Positions 40,382 through 53,487 of a stretch of DNA of 64,000 nucleotides are shown one piece after another (the first letter of the stretch is position 1; every line of letters begins with the position of its first letter). This DNA is from Octopus bimaculoides (lineage: Eukaryota), in assembly GCF_001194135.2 (NCBI RefSeq), contig NC_068989.1:49162940-49226939 (forward strand). The letters are read 5' to 3'. The notes under the pieces were generated by a model. That model was not told the DNA's origin, ran no database searches, and saw only the letters and a list, made by a program, of their open reading frames with translations. The position numbers were made by a program, and so were the translations under genes.

Positions 40382-41222
40382 ATATATGTACATATATATA
40401 TACGCATGTTTACATCTATTAATATAGGTGCATACACACTCAGGTGTGGACATTTTAAAAAGTTCACCAGAAAGCATAGCATGTTACCAAAATGTTTAGG
40501 TGTGGTGAAAATGTTCTACACGCCACTCCTATGCCTGATGTAGTTCGACAATAACCACCATAATTCCAGGGAGGCAACTATATAGAATCCAAGTTACCAT
40601 ACAATAACAAATAAACGCAGAAAATGTAACCAGTAGTCTGTCTGTTGTGGCATGGTTACTACAGCTGGATGCCCTTCGTAACACCAACCACTAAACAGAA
40701 TGTGCTGGGTGCTTTTTATGTGTCAGTAGCATGGGTATATTAACACAGCACCAGCATGAGTGCCTTTTAAATGGCACCAGCACCTGAAGGACAAGCATCA
40801 CACACACACAGAGTAATAATAACAGTAATCCTAGGATGATTCCATTCAAGGATTATTGTTATTATTACTATAGTTATTGTACATTATATTGGTACAGCTT
40901 GGTGCAACCCCGAAAAACTGGTTCACCAGTCAATATCATCAGATTGTAGCCAGCATAATGGAATAAGAGTTTTATTGCATATTCAAAATGTCTCTTGTAA
41001 ACAAATTTAAAAAGAAGGAAGGATGGATAAATAGAAAAAGAGAGAGAGAGGGAGAATGAGAGAGCGGGAGAATGAGAGAGAGATGCACACACACATCAAT
41101 ACACATAGATGTGTACAAATGTATGAGAATATACATAAACAGCCCATTCAAGGGTGAAACCCAGAGAAAACTTTTGATACAGTGAGCATGCTCAAGAACC
41201 TTGATCGTAAGAAATCTACCAC

Positions 41223-42018
41223 ATTCTGGTTCTTCACCAATGACAATGTCTTTGAAAGACACATAGTTCTGGTACCCAAGTAATGCACACCAAGTTTCCA
41301 TCAAGTATTTATTGATTCACACAAATGACTATTTCCTCGATGTGCTTCCCATGGCTGCTAGTTGATGCAGTTGACCTAAAGACTTTTCCACTATTAATTA
41401 ATGATATTGCAGATTAAGAAATGCTTTTGATATTAATTTCTGGCACCATTACTGTCAGTAAAAAGTATATTATTTCCAATATGTAACAATTTTTTGGCAA
41501 AATGACTAGATAGATCATCTTCAAAAAGATTGGCTTTCAGGTTTAGCAAACAGTTTGAAGATTTCAAATTTGGTCCAACATTGAATTTCATTGACTTTTG
41601 TTCCTTTTGGAGTCAGTTGGCAGGGTCTGATTATAACATTGGTACTCTTCCCATATGACAGAGTACCAAGTTCTGCAATGTCGTATCCAGAGTCTCTAAG
41701 ATGCCAGTCTGCATTCATACCAGACATTCCTTTGATAGGTTACAAGGTTGGCAATGTTGCAAACAGGTGGTTTCATTTGTGCTCGATCCAAATGCAGTTA
41801 AAAAGCAGAAAAATACCATACAGTTACCAGACAGAAGTGTGGTAGCAATACCTAAAGAAAGAACTGAAAGAGTTATGATTTTGTGTTGGCCAAATTTGGC
41901 ATGCAACAGACTATTTAAGAATGTCTTTCTAGTTCCTGGTATATTAAAGAAACATTTTCCAGCTTGTTGCCAAACCCAGAGGAAAATAGCAGAATACTTT
42001 GCCATCTGGCCCACATGA
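41223..42018 (+). pseudogene. heavily decayed intronless actin-family (actin-like/ARP) pseudogene candidate
   Basis: actin-like motifs in the correct order across frames +3 then +1: ILVL..K....G.......FPS, LKTFP...IAD*EM, QFEDF, TLPI*Q, KQVVSFVLD, TIQLPDRSVVAIPKER, LFKNVFL; multiple stops and a frameshift; alignment by eye only. Confidence 0.45.
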
Positions 42019-42224
42019 GTTTGAGTTTATTGTCAATGACATAAGCTATTAATGTGTCAACATCTTAACTAATGTGTCAATATTTTATTAGTTTCAATTT
42101 CTAAACTATTGAAATCAGTGAGGTTAGGTTGAGGGAAGCTTTATCTTTGAAGTCTTGAACATTTATATCCTTGATGCTTCTTAAGGCAAAGCTTGAAGCA
42201 GATTGGATAATTCACAGAATTTCA

Positions 42225-42277
<53 letters not shown>

Positions 42278-42366
42278 TGTGTGTGTGTGTAATAACAAGA
42301 TCTTAGACAAGTGGAAAAAACAAAATGGAAAGCACCCAGTGAACTAGAAATCAGTCTATTAGATAC

Positions 42367-42427
42367 CTGTGTCTTTGAAAACTATTGTTCATAGATGGTG
42401 GTATGCATATATAAAAAAAGTCCTTGT
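42367..42427 (-). CDS. weak candidate exon (61 nt, phase 1/2): (D)KDFFYICIPPSMNNSFQRH
   Basis: acceptor ggcttcttttttag|A, donor CAG|gtatct, only one open frame. Confidence 0.25.
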
Positions 42428-43659
42428 CTAAAAAAGAAGCCATAAATGAAATGTAAACCATGTATGTCTTTAGCAGAAAGTAATGAGGTGAGATATGAAA
42501 ACATTGATCTTTTACAAGATGATGGAGAGAGAGAGAGAGAGAGAGAGACTTATGAAGGAATATAGTATTACAGACCTGTATCACCTACACCAGTATGAAA
42601 ATCAAAAACCAATGATTACTTTGTTAAATACTGGATTTGAGTCACTGAGTATATTTCACTTCCATCACTGTTGGGAATGAACATATTTTACAGTCAAAGT
42701 TAAGATAAAAATGTTATATTGGCAGTAGCAGGTAAAATTATTTGCTTTGACTTTTTTCTTTTCTTTTTATACCTGAATTTAAAAGATATCTTACCAAGAA
42801 ATAATCTGGATTTTTTCTGTTTCCTTTTTTTTTTTTTTTTTTTGGGTTATTTATATTTATTAATTTATGTAGTTGTTGTCTTTTTGTTCATATCTGTTAA
42901 CAAGTAGGCTATGAAAAAATAATGGACTATTATCTTATTCTGATAAACAATAGAAACACAAGAGTTATGGCACCTGCACAATTGGAGAGGCGGAGAGATA
43001 GAAGGAAGAGAAGGAAAAGAAATAAGCTGAAGAAACAGAGGAGAAGGAGGAGGAGCAGAAGAAAATAATCATGGCGATTAAGACAATGATAGTGGTGATG
43101 ATGATGATGATGATGATGATGGTGGGGATGAACATTTTTGTAACAGATCGAAGATAACAGAAGCTCTTGTAGAAAACTTGAAATCAATTTGTCAAGTGTT
43201 TGCAAGAAGAAGCAGTTTATCAGCTAAACAAAAGATTAGCCGACTACATCAACTACAACAACAGGAACAAGAGCAATGATAACTGCTGCAACAACAACAG
43301 CAGTAGCAGCATTTTACTGAAAGTAAGCAGAGTAACGTGAGAAGAAAAATAGATGAAGGGTGATAAAATAATGTAGAACTAAAAGAGATGCTAGGAAACA
43401 GTTTGGAAAGTGTCAACGGAAGTGAGTGAAAGAAAGTGACAAAAAGTTTGTATGTGTATTCCCACTATTTTATCTCCAACAGTAAAGAAGTTAGCAGGAA
43501 GAGACAGGAGGAGAAAAAAAAGGGGGGGGAATATCCCCATCTGTGAAGAAACCCATAGTCACTGTCAGATGACATTAAACTTTTCAATTCTCACAAACTT
43601 TTGTGCAACGAATGTAACAAGTCCTCTCTTTCCTAGACATAGCTGCACCTAGTACAACT

Positions 43660-43860
43660 AAATCCAGCACATCATACCAAAGACGACACAGCAAAACAAA
43701 CTGAGGAAGACTTGAAGTCACAGTGCCTTGACCTCAAGCATGTGAAGACCAGTAACACGGATTGGAACACATGGAATAACATCATCACCAGAGTCTGTCC
43801 TGCAGCAGCATTCACAGCAGTGTATTGGTTGAGAGAACAGCCTCCCCCTCTGGTTGCCAA
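43660..43860 (+). mobile_element. possible RTE-type LINE 3' remnant
   Basis: QTEEDLKSQCLDLKHVKT...DWNTWNNII loosely resembles RTE ORF2 C-termini. Confidence 0.3.
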
Positions 43861-44653
43861 CTAGGGATTTTACTTACTTACATCCAACTCCCCCTCCATA
43901 CACACACACACACTCATAAGGTTGTGAAATGAGTTTTTTACCATGTAGTTATTCCTGTGTTCTCAGGAATAACTACATGGTTAAAAAACTTGTTTCACAA
44001 CTACATGGTATCTTACTTAGTGTTACCTTGGATGTCTTCTACAATAACCTTCATTTGACCAATACTGTATAAATGGAATTTAGTTTGAGGAAACTGAAGA
44101 AATAAGTTGTGTATGAATTATATATATCTAAGTGGATTACCTACTGTCCTAACAACAAAGATTCAGCTGTTTGATTAACTGAATTGTCTTTTCATCGAAA
44201 TTATTAGAGTAAGTGGCTATGCATTCCATAAGCATGTGTACCAAATGTAATCCTAAGATAGAATCACCATCACACAGCACATGACAAAACTGTGGTTGAA
44301 TGGCAGGCGTAATCAATTCAACAGGTTTCTGCACAGCTTCTGTCTACACAGTTCAATCACAGAGGTGCTGGTTGACTTAAAGCAATATTAAAAGATACTT
44401 GCCCAAGAAACCATGCAGTGGGATTGAACTTGGGACCTTGTGACTGTGAAGTGATCTTCTTAACCCACTACAACTGGGTTGCATAATATTTCTTCCTACT
44501 CAACCCACACTGTCTTACTTCTCTATTTCTCTGTATACATATATAAATATATGTAATTATAGTGTAGTGTTCCATGATAGAAAGATCAACAAAAAAGTAC
44601 TTCATCTGGTGACAGATAAATATCTATTTAAGGAGCACAATACATGTCTTTAA

Positions 44654-44710
44654 ATTCTACTAATAGTTTCATACGCTGAGAAATATCTCAAACATAATCA
44701 TCAGGCACAA
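44654..44710 (-). ncRNA. type I hammerhead-like motif with long stem II and eroded stem I
   Basis: minus strand GTGC-CTGATGA-t-TATG-tt-TGAGA-tatt-TCTCA-g-CGTA-t-GAA-ACT-att-AGT-A-GAAT; core and GUA triplet intact, stem I only about 3 of 4 pairs. Confidence 0.45.
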
Positions 44711-46152
44711 ACCACATATAATGAACTAAACATCCTAATGCTACTATATATAAACACCCTGATGCTACTTTTCACTTTCCCTCTTATTACCAACTTCACT
44801 CACACTTTTTCTACCCCCTCTCAACCATACACCTATGCAACTTGAAGAACTACTGTCCTGAGCCCTAACAAACTATGTAACCAATGTTGTGACAGTAAAC
44901 TGACTGATCCATGTCATCCATAGGTCCATATACTCAAACCACCTCATTACCATTACCACTTTGTTCTCACTCTCCTTCACACTAATCAATGGCATTATTC
45001 TTTCCCTTCTCCTTTTCGAGCCTCTTTCACTCTCACTCCAACAATATTCCTTCCATTACTATCCTCTCTTAATAAATCTGTTCCACCACAGAGCACTCTC
45101 TTTTGCTTTGTGCATTGCTAGGAGTCTCCAAAGTACAGCTACCACAAAAAAAATCTCCCAGGACACTTGGTAAGTGATTGGTAATCAATTTGAGCAATGA
45201 AAACTCAGGGCTTGAGAAGGTTCCTTAGTTTTTCTGATGGCAAGACAACCTCTATACTGCTGTTGCCAGAAACATTGCACCCAGTAAACTCTGTAAAGTG
45301 GCTGGTGATAAAATAAGTATCCAGATAGTAGAAATGAGATATTTGAGCAAGACAAGGTCCTCCGTCCTGTTGCATCTCGTAAAATCATCTCACCCATGCC
45401 AGCATGGAAAACAGATATAAAATGATGACAATAAAGTTTATGCTGTTGATAATGATGTGCATGGGTATATATGTGCATACCACTATAAATTGGTCCAATG
45501 AATTTTGTTCCTTTACAATAAGGCTTTTGATAAGTAGATGGCTAAAAAAATAAAACTAAGATCACAGTCACAATGGATAATGCAATCAAACACACACACA
45601 TGCACGAAGACAAATCATTTATGCCATTTGGAATACCTTTTAGTCATAGGTCTACTTGATCAAAACTGACCTGGGCCTAAACAACAACAGAATTCCATAA
45701 TCTGCCACGACAAAAAATATATATTTACTTCTTAATGGGTCACTCAAGTTACTAGTCAATAGGTATCACAAAGTTGTATAGTTCTAATCTTCAAGTAGCA
45801 AGAACATAAACTTAGGAAAGGATTCATTAGCTTGTAGTTCTGGGTTTGATTTTTCTCACATATAAAAACCTCAAGCCTTGCTTGAGGTAAAACTGAAGGA
45901 AGATATTTACACAGATTATGTTGATCACACTTATCTCACTGCAGGTAAACGATATTTTAGAGCCATGACAATAATACTGCTTAGCACCAACCACTACATT
46001 TTCAATAAATTTTCATTCATCTGTTTATATGTTGTATGTGTGATTGTGTATGTACTTTGAACTCAAATATCCATTGAAGCAATTATTCCATTGCAACATA
46101 AATATCAATAAAAAAAATTATATTTATGAGTAGATGTACAAAGCAGTGACTG

Positions 46153-46671
46153 AGAGTAAACAAACTTGATACTAGTTCAAATATGCTTGAGAGATATCTG
46201 AACCTGTAAAAGGCTTTTCACAGCAATCTATCATGGAGAAAAAATTCTCACTTGAGCCAAAGAGATGTAAAATACCATAGTCAGCACAGAGCACCTCCCG
46301 CCCCACCCTAATGGACTGAGGGATACATATATTTCAAGCTCTTAGTTCTCATTAGCATCAGATACCAAAAGAGAGGTAACTTAGAACTGACTAAGAAGTA
46401 GACTGTCTCTTATAAAAATCAATCAAAACTATTGATTGATGACACATACTGGTGCTAGGCTGAAATAAATTTCTGAGTAGTTGCATGAAGTAGTAACCAA
46501 GAGTAAACAAACTTGACACCAATTCAAACATGTATGAGAGATATTTGAAGTCATAAAAAGCTTTTCACTGCAGCTTTTCATGGAGAAAAATTCTCATTTG
46601 AGACAAAAAGGTGTAAAACACCATCGTCAGCTAAGCGCAACCTCTACTGGATACATGCATTTCAAAATCTT
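46153..46671 (+). repeat. diverged direct duplication (units ~46153-46342 and ~46500-46671)
   Basis: shared blocks agagtaaacaaacttga, gagagatat, gcttttcac, tcatggagaaaaa, ttctca.ttgag, gtaaaa.accat.gtcagc, ggataca. Confidence 0.8.
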
Positions 46672-46837
46672 ACACCATTTTGTTTCAAGTGAGAAGACTG
46701 GATGTGAAGCACACCGCTTATATTGTGGTGATACTCATTTGTAGTTATTATGCAGTATCAAGACAAGGAAACACAAATATGCACACACGCATACACACAT
46801 ACACACACGTACATTTATACATTCTGTTGATTATGAC

Positions 46838-47065
46838 AATGAGGTTTCCAGTTAATCTGGTCAACAGAACAGTCTGCTCATAAAATTGATGTGCAAGCTG
46901 CTGAGCACTCTACAGACACACATACCCTTAAAGTAGTTCTTGAGGAAATACTATGTGACACAGAATGTGATAAGGCTGGCCCTTTGAAATACAGGTACTA
47001 TTCATTTTTGCTGGGTGAGTGGAGTAAAGCAACAAGAAATAAAGGGTCTTACTCAAGGATACAAG
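46838..47065 (-). mobile_element. SINE family C/F, partial
   Basis: ttccagttaatctggtcaacagaacag...acccttaaagtagttct...gtcttactcaagga. Confidence 0.75.
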
Positions 47066-48685
47066 TCCCCACATGTATACATATACATACATATATATAT
47101 ATATATAAAACAAAAGCCCATTGTGTGCGTGTGTGTGTGCGTGTGTATGTATGTGCATACATACATAATGGGCTTCTTTCAGGATCCATTTACGAAATCC
47201 ACTCAAAAAGCTTTAGTAATCCCAGCTTCTTAGTAGAAGACACTTGCTACGCAATGGGACTGAAACTAAAATCACATGGTTAGAAAGTAAACTTCTATAC
47301 CAAAAAGCTATGCATAAACCTATTAAGTGTATGTTGGTTGCATTACATTATTCATCTGTTAAAAAAGCCAGTGGAGGGAGTTGAAGAATGAAATTGAAAA
47401 CCAAAGGTATCAGCCAATATGTAAAATTGAGACAATTATACAAATGAACCAATGAAAGAGCCTCTATATGGTCACTTGCTCTGCCAGAGATAACAAGCAT
47501 ATCTCTCATATCATTTTATAGAATTAAAAAAGAATGCCACATTGGATAATGTAGTCCTTCAGAATTGTGTCTGTAAAACATAAATAAAAATGTGTAATGA
47601 TCATAGTCAGAATGTATTTTGAGCATAGCTCTGATTTTCAGACTTATCTTGTAGTCAAATAACAAGAATATTAATATGGAAATGTAATGACAAGAAATGT
47701 TATAAACTAAGTGAAAAGGAACCACAATCTCAAGATAGAACACAAAGGTATCAGTATTAACTCAGATATGCACTGAAGTTAAAAGAACAGCTCTGGAAAC
47801 TGATGCAATATTGCAAAAAGAAGAGCTGCAGATAGATAATTTCACTGTAACCATGATCCATCCAAAAATGTATGGAAATGCAAGCATTGAAAGAATGATG
47901 AAGATGATAAACAGGGATACAACAGTTAGCTAATTAGTATCTGGCAAGAAGTTATACAATAGCGTTTTCTAAAGCACGATTTATCATTAATAGGATAATG
48001 CTTCTAGTTTTGATGTGTTAGTACAGCCTAATTGTTATGATAATAAGTTGTACTATAGCTGTTTATGATGTTGTTTATAAAGGAACAGCTTGAAATTTAA
48101 TAGAATAAGGACCCACAGAGCCAAATTGCAGCAGGAAGTCATACACTGAATATTAATGTTTTCCTTTCAGACACAAAGAACTTTTATAAAGGGAAGGTTA
48201 TACAACCAATTACTTCAATCCTCAGTGCATTGCTGGTACTTATTTTATCAATGCTAAAAATAACAGGAGCAAAATCAACTCCTGTATGATTCAAATATAG
48301 AGCTAGATGTTTTATGGTTATATGATATGAATACTGCTACAATTCTGCTCTTCTGAAGGAACACTAATATTGCCGTACCTTTTGTTTTACTCTACCCAAT
48401 TAATATCTGCCAATAAAGATCAACATTGGTCACATAGAATTCTTGCAAATAGTTTTTAATTATAGCTAATTTCTTTTCACTCTGCAAAATAATTGACTAA
48501 CTTAGACACTGAGAAGTATCAAATAAAAGAAATAAGAAAATTTAGAATTAATTACTTCTCTGTTTCTCTTGGAAACAAAATGTAAAGTTCCTCTGTCTAG
48601 ATTTGACCTTCAAGCTTAAACCATTGAACTTTAATACAAGAGGGAATCTTGATTAGACAATATTCATTGTTGCTTTCAGAAATAA

Positions 48686-48906
48686 TGGCTTCAAATTTTG
48701 GCAAAAAGCTAGTAATTTTTTTTTAAGGGAAGGGGTAAGTTGATTACATTGACCCCAGTGCTTGACTGGTACTTATTTTACCGATCTCAAAAGGATGAAA
48801 GACAAAGTCACCTTCGGCAGTATTTGTACTCAGAACATAACGTCAGAAGATATATTGCTAAGATTTTCATCTGGCATGGTAACGATTCTGCCAGCTTACT
48901 GCCTTA
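48686..48906 (-). mobile_element. SINE family E
   Basis: ggcttcaaattttggc...gactggtacttattttaccg...ttctgccagcttactgcctt. Confidence 0.8.
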
Positions 48907-50002
48907 CTTTCAGAAATATTAATAATAATAATAATCTGACCCATGCATGCGTGGGTCAGATGGAATTTAATGAGGTAGGTTTACAATAACTAGCTGCCCT
49001 CCTTGTCACCAACCCTCACTTGTTTCCAAGTAAGGTAACACTTCCCTTTTGGCTGAACAGGTTTTCATAGAAGATTGGAAACAAATTACACTACTTGTAT
49101 TATGATGACATTCATTTACAACTATCACACATTGTCAAATAGATGCATGCAAGCACACACATGAGCACATGTGCATGCATGCATGTGCGCACACACACAC
49201 ACAAACACACAGAGAATGGGTTTTGTAGCTTCCATCCACCAAAATCTACTCACAAGTGTTTGGTCAGCCTGGGGCTGGAAGCACACTTTTTAACCACACA
49301 CCCATGTTTACACATTTTATTTTATACACAAATAGAGAGAGTGAGAGACAAGTGCTGGATGAAAACATGAAATGATTTTTCAGAGCTATTTTGAATGAAG
49401 GAGTATCTATTGAATTAAATTTCTATAGCATTAAGAAAGTTTGTGGTATGCTTCATCTGTGACTGACTTCAAGGCATAGCTCCTTCTAATGTGGAAGCAT
49501 ATGCTGTCTGAGCAATCATTGAGATTATTAGGCTATCATGAAGATTCCAAGATAGATGTCTTGGGTTCATGTTATCTCTTGGGGCTAATTATTATTATTA
49601 TTATTATTTCTTTCAAAGCAAGCTAAATTAAAAATAAAAGTACTTTTAATTTCTCTTCTATTTATTTGGAAGGAAAATATTTAATAAAAGTCAAATAAAA
49701 ACAAAAAGCATCTTGAAGGTTTATTGATTTTTGTTATTCAAACTACACTTAACAACAGCTTTCTATTTTCTCAGTTTAGAAGCTTTCCTTTGGTTATTTA
49801 AAAGATACAAAAACCAGATGGACTTCTTAAGAAACAAAACAGCCTCATAGAAAGTATTATTTCCTGTATATAATTCTTATAAAAAGGAGGAATAAAACTG
49901 AAATCTAAAAGAAATAATACCATGAATCATTACTTCATTAAGCAATAACTGGCAGGAATTTTAAATGGTGATGGCACTTATTTTCCATTTTTTAAATTAA
50001 TA

Positions 50003-50230
50003 TCTCTTATTTGTGTCAGTCATTAGACTGTGGCAATCTTGGGGCACCACCAAGAAGAATTTTTGTCGAATGAATCAACTCATGTACTTACTTTTTTTTA
50101 AAAGCATAGTACTTATTCAATTGATCACTTTTGATAAACCACTAAGTTATGAGGATGTAAACATATCAACATCAGTTGTCAATTGGTGGTGGTGGACAAA
50201 CACAAATACAGAGAGAGAGAGAGAGAGGCA

Positions 50231-50310
<80 letters not shown>

Positions 50311-50472
50311 CACACACAACAAGCTGCTTCTTTCAGTTTCCATCTACCAAATCCACTCACAAGGCTTTGGTTGGCCAAGGGCTATAGTAGAAGACACTTG
50401 CCCAAAGTGTCATGCAGTGGGGCTGAACCCAGAATCATGTGGTTGGGAAGCAAACTTCTTACCACACAGCCA
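50003..50472 (-). mobile_element. SINE family A with internal (GA)n(CA)n
   Basis: full reverse-complement copy; source of the HTHT ORFs at 50013-50542. Confidence 0.85.
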
Positions 50473-51639
50473 GATTGTGTCATTGTATATTGTTATTATT
50501 TTCAGTAAAAAAATAAATTTAACCTTAAATTATCAACAATAGCAAAAATTAAAGTTAAATAAAAAAGAAAAAAAATTAATGTATAAGAAGAGAAATTAAA
50601 CAAAGGTATTTAAACAATATTAAACAAAATTCTACTCGTCTTAATAAACAATTATGGATGTTCAATAGGCATTTAGTAAAAATGGATTAAAGTTAGAAGG
50701 GGCTTTGAGCAGAACAATTGGAAAATTCGTCTCAGCTGAAGAATACATTGCTACACTTTAATTATGACCATCATCATCACCCCGCAGCCATCATCAGCAT
50801 AATCATCATCACTCTTACAAAAACAAAGAAAGAAAATAGTACAAATAAAATATTCTGGTTCTAAAATAAATAAGATGCAATTAAAAAAGGTGTTGAGTTG
50901 AACTGAAATTTAAGAATACTCAGTTGAACATTTTTTAGAAATCAATTGAGATTAGACAATAAGAGACAATTAACTAATTAATATCAGGTTATTGTTTTTA
51001 AATGACAAAAGCAAAAGAAACAAAGAAAATATTCTATCATGCTGGGAGGGGACAAAGTCAGTAGAGACCCTAAAGATCTTTATAAAAAGGTGATGTACAA
51101 AGTTAATTCAAAAGAAACAGTTGGATGATTGAAACCATTTATATGATAGCAAATACCAAATAAATTATTTAATTTAAATTCATAACAGTTGTAATTTAAT
51201 TTTGTTTACAATAATTTATTTTGTAATTTAAAGAGAAAGCATTGAGTCTCATGAGATTCTGCTAAACTGAAGATGGTACAAGTTGAGTTAAATATTTAAT
51301 GATTAGTCAAGAATTATTACATACTAATATTTGGTAGAAAGATGAATGTATGGGAGCAACTTGCAGAAGGATACAGATTAAATAAAGAAAGAGTGACTGA
51401 GCAAAACAAGAAGCAAATGGTCACAAGAGATAAATAATAGGTAAGGGAGAGGGAGGGGGTAACAAATATTTGACATGAATACATTATATCTTCATATTTG
51501 ATATGAATATATCAAATATAATCCAGGGAGATGTGATGAGAAAAAAACCTTCAGATATTGGGCCTCACTTAAGGAGATGACAAGAGACTGGAACTTGTGG
51601 TGATTTGCTGTACTTTAGAAGACACATAAATCTAAGTAA

Positions 51640-51962
51640 AATTCTGGCCATCCATACATAGAGGCATGTCCTTTATGGTCATTTCCCTACTCCCTCTCCC
51701 AGCTGAGAAGTCTTTTGTCTTGCAGGGGCTGGTGCCATGTAAACTGCACTCATGCTAGTGCTACATAAACACACCCATACTTGTGGTATGTAAAAAGCAC
51801 CCAGCACACTCTGTAAAATGGTTGGTGTTAGGAAGGGCATTAAATCATAGAAACCATGCCAAAACAGTGAAGTCTGGACAGTTCTCCAGCTGGCTAACTC
51901 CAATTAAACTGTCCAACCGACGTTAGCATGGAAAATGAACACTAAACAATGATGATGATGAT
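51640..51962 (+). mobile_element. SINE family B
   Basis: ggttggtgttaggaagggcatt...catggaaaatgaacactaaacaatgatgatgatg tail. Confidence 0.75.
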
Positions 51963-52042
51963 GAAACATATTTAAATGATAAAGGAAAGAAACTTAACCC
52001 TTTCTCAACATATTCCCACTATAACATGGAATATGTTAAATG

Positions 52043-52475
52043 TCAGTTCTATTGGATTCTGCAACCATGCTGGGACACTGCTTTGAAGAGTCTTTAGTCA
52101 AATGAATCAACTTCAATAGTCATTTTTACTTTTAAGCCTGGTGCTTATTCTATCAGTCTCTTTTGCCAAACTGCCAAGTCACAGGGATATAAACACACCA
52201 AAACTAGTTGTGTAAGAGTTGGGTGACAAACACTAACACAAACACACACACACATATATGATGGGCTTCTTTTAGTTTCCATCTATTAAATCCACACACA
52301 CATATAATATACGATGGGCTTCTTTTAGTTTCTGTCTACCAAATCCACTCACAAGGCTTTGGTCAACCTGAGGTTAAAGTAGAAGATGCTTGCCCAAGGT
52401 GCCACAGAGTGGGACTGAACCTGGAACCATGTAGAAGGAAAGCAAGCTTCTTATCACACAGCCATCCCTGCACCT
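52043..52475 (-). mobile_element. SINE family A with a locally duplicated internal segment
   Basis: reverse-complement family A; gatgggcttct..tagtttc..tcta..aaatccac occurs twice (~52260 and ~52313). Confidence 0.8.
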
Positions 52476-52764
52476 ATATGTTAATATTTCATTGAAAGAA
52501 ATTACCTATTTCAAATTTAGAAATAGTAACTAGACAAAGGACTTTAGAGAATATGTCAAATAGTAAGATTTAAATTAATCATTGTTATCAACTTCATGAT
52601 TCAAATAAGAAAAGTCCTTCATTCTATTTCTCTTTATTGTTAAATTTCTATGTGATGATGTCACACATACACCAAAAACAAAAAAGAAGAGAAAAAAAAG
52701 CAAAACCATTTTTCTTGGAAGCTTCAACTGCTATTTTTTATACAAAATATTGTAGCTATATATT

Positions 52765-53055
52765 GTTGTTGTTGGCACTCCGTCGCTAACGACGTCGAGG
52801 GTTCCAGTTGATCTGATCAACGAAACAGCCTGCTCGTGAAATTAACGTGCAAGTGGCTGAGTACTCCACAGACACGTGTACCCTTAACATAGTTCTCTGG
52901 GATATTCAGCGTGACACAGAGTGACAAGGCTGACCCTTTGAATTACAGGCACAGCAGAAACAGGAAGTAAGAGTGAGAGAAAGTTGTAGGGTTCACCACC
53001 ATCCCTTGCTGGAGCCTCGTGGAGCTTTAGGTGTTTTCGCTCAATAAACACACTC
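52765..53055 (-). mobile_element. SINE family C, CpG-rich (young), cut off by microsatellite and gap
   Basis: gttgttggcactccgtcgctaacgacgtcgagggttccagttg...gtgttttcgctcaataaacac. Confidence 0.85.
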
Positions 53056-53088
53056 TTGTGTGTGTGTGTGTGTGTAATATATATACAG

Positions 53089-53487
53089 NNNNNNNNNNNN
53101 NNNNNNNNNNNNNNNNNNNNNNNNNNNNNNNNNNNNNNNNNNNNNNNNNNNNNNNNNNNNNNNNNNNNNNNNNNNNNNNNNNNNNNNNNNNNNNNNNNNN
53201 NNNNNNNNNNNNNNNNNNNNNNNNNNNNNNNNNNNNNNNNNNNNNNNNNNNNNNNNNNNNNNNNNNNNNNNNNNNNNNNNNNNNNNNNNNNNNNNNNNNN
53301 NNNNNNNNNNNNNNNNNNNNNNNNNNNNNNNNNNNNNNNNNNNNNNNNNNNNNNNNNNNNNNNNNNNNNNNNNNNNNNNNNNNNNNNNNNNNNNNNNNNN
53401 NNNNNNNNNNNNNNNNNNNNNNNNNNNNNNNNNNNNNNNNNNNNNNNNNNNNNNNNNNNNNNNNNNNNNNNNNNNNNNNNNNNNNNN
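53089..53487. other. assembly gap (N run)
   Basis: N run. Confidence 0.99.

Noticed and set aside
40905-40945. tcatcag next to the hairpin actgg-ttca-ccagt and cgaaa
   Set aside because: GAAA and CUGAUGA fall on opposite strands, so it is not a hammerhead
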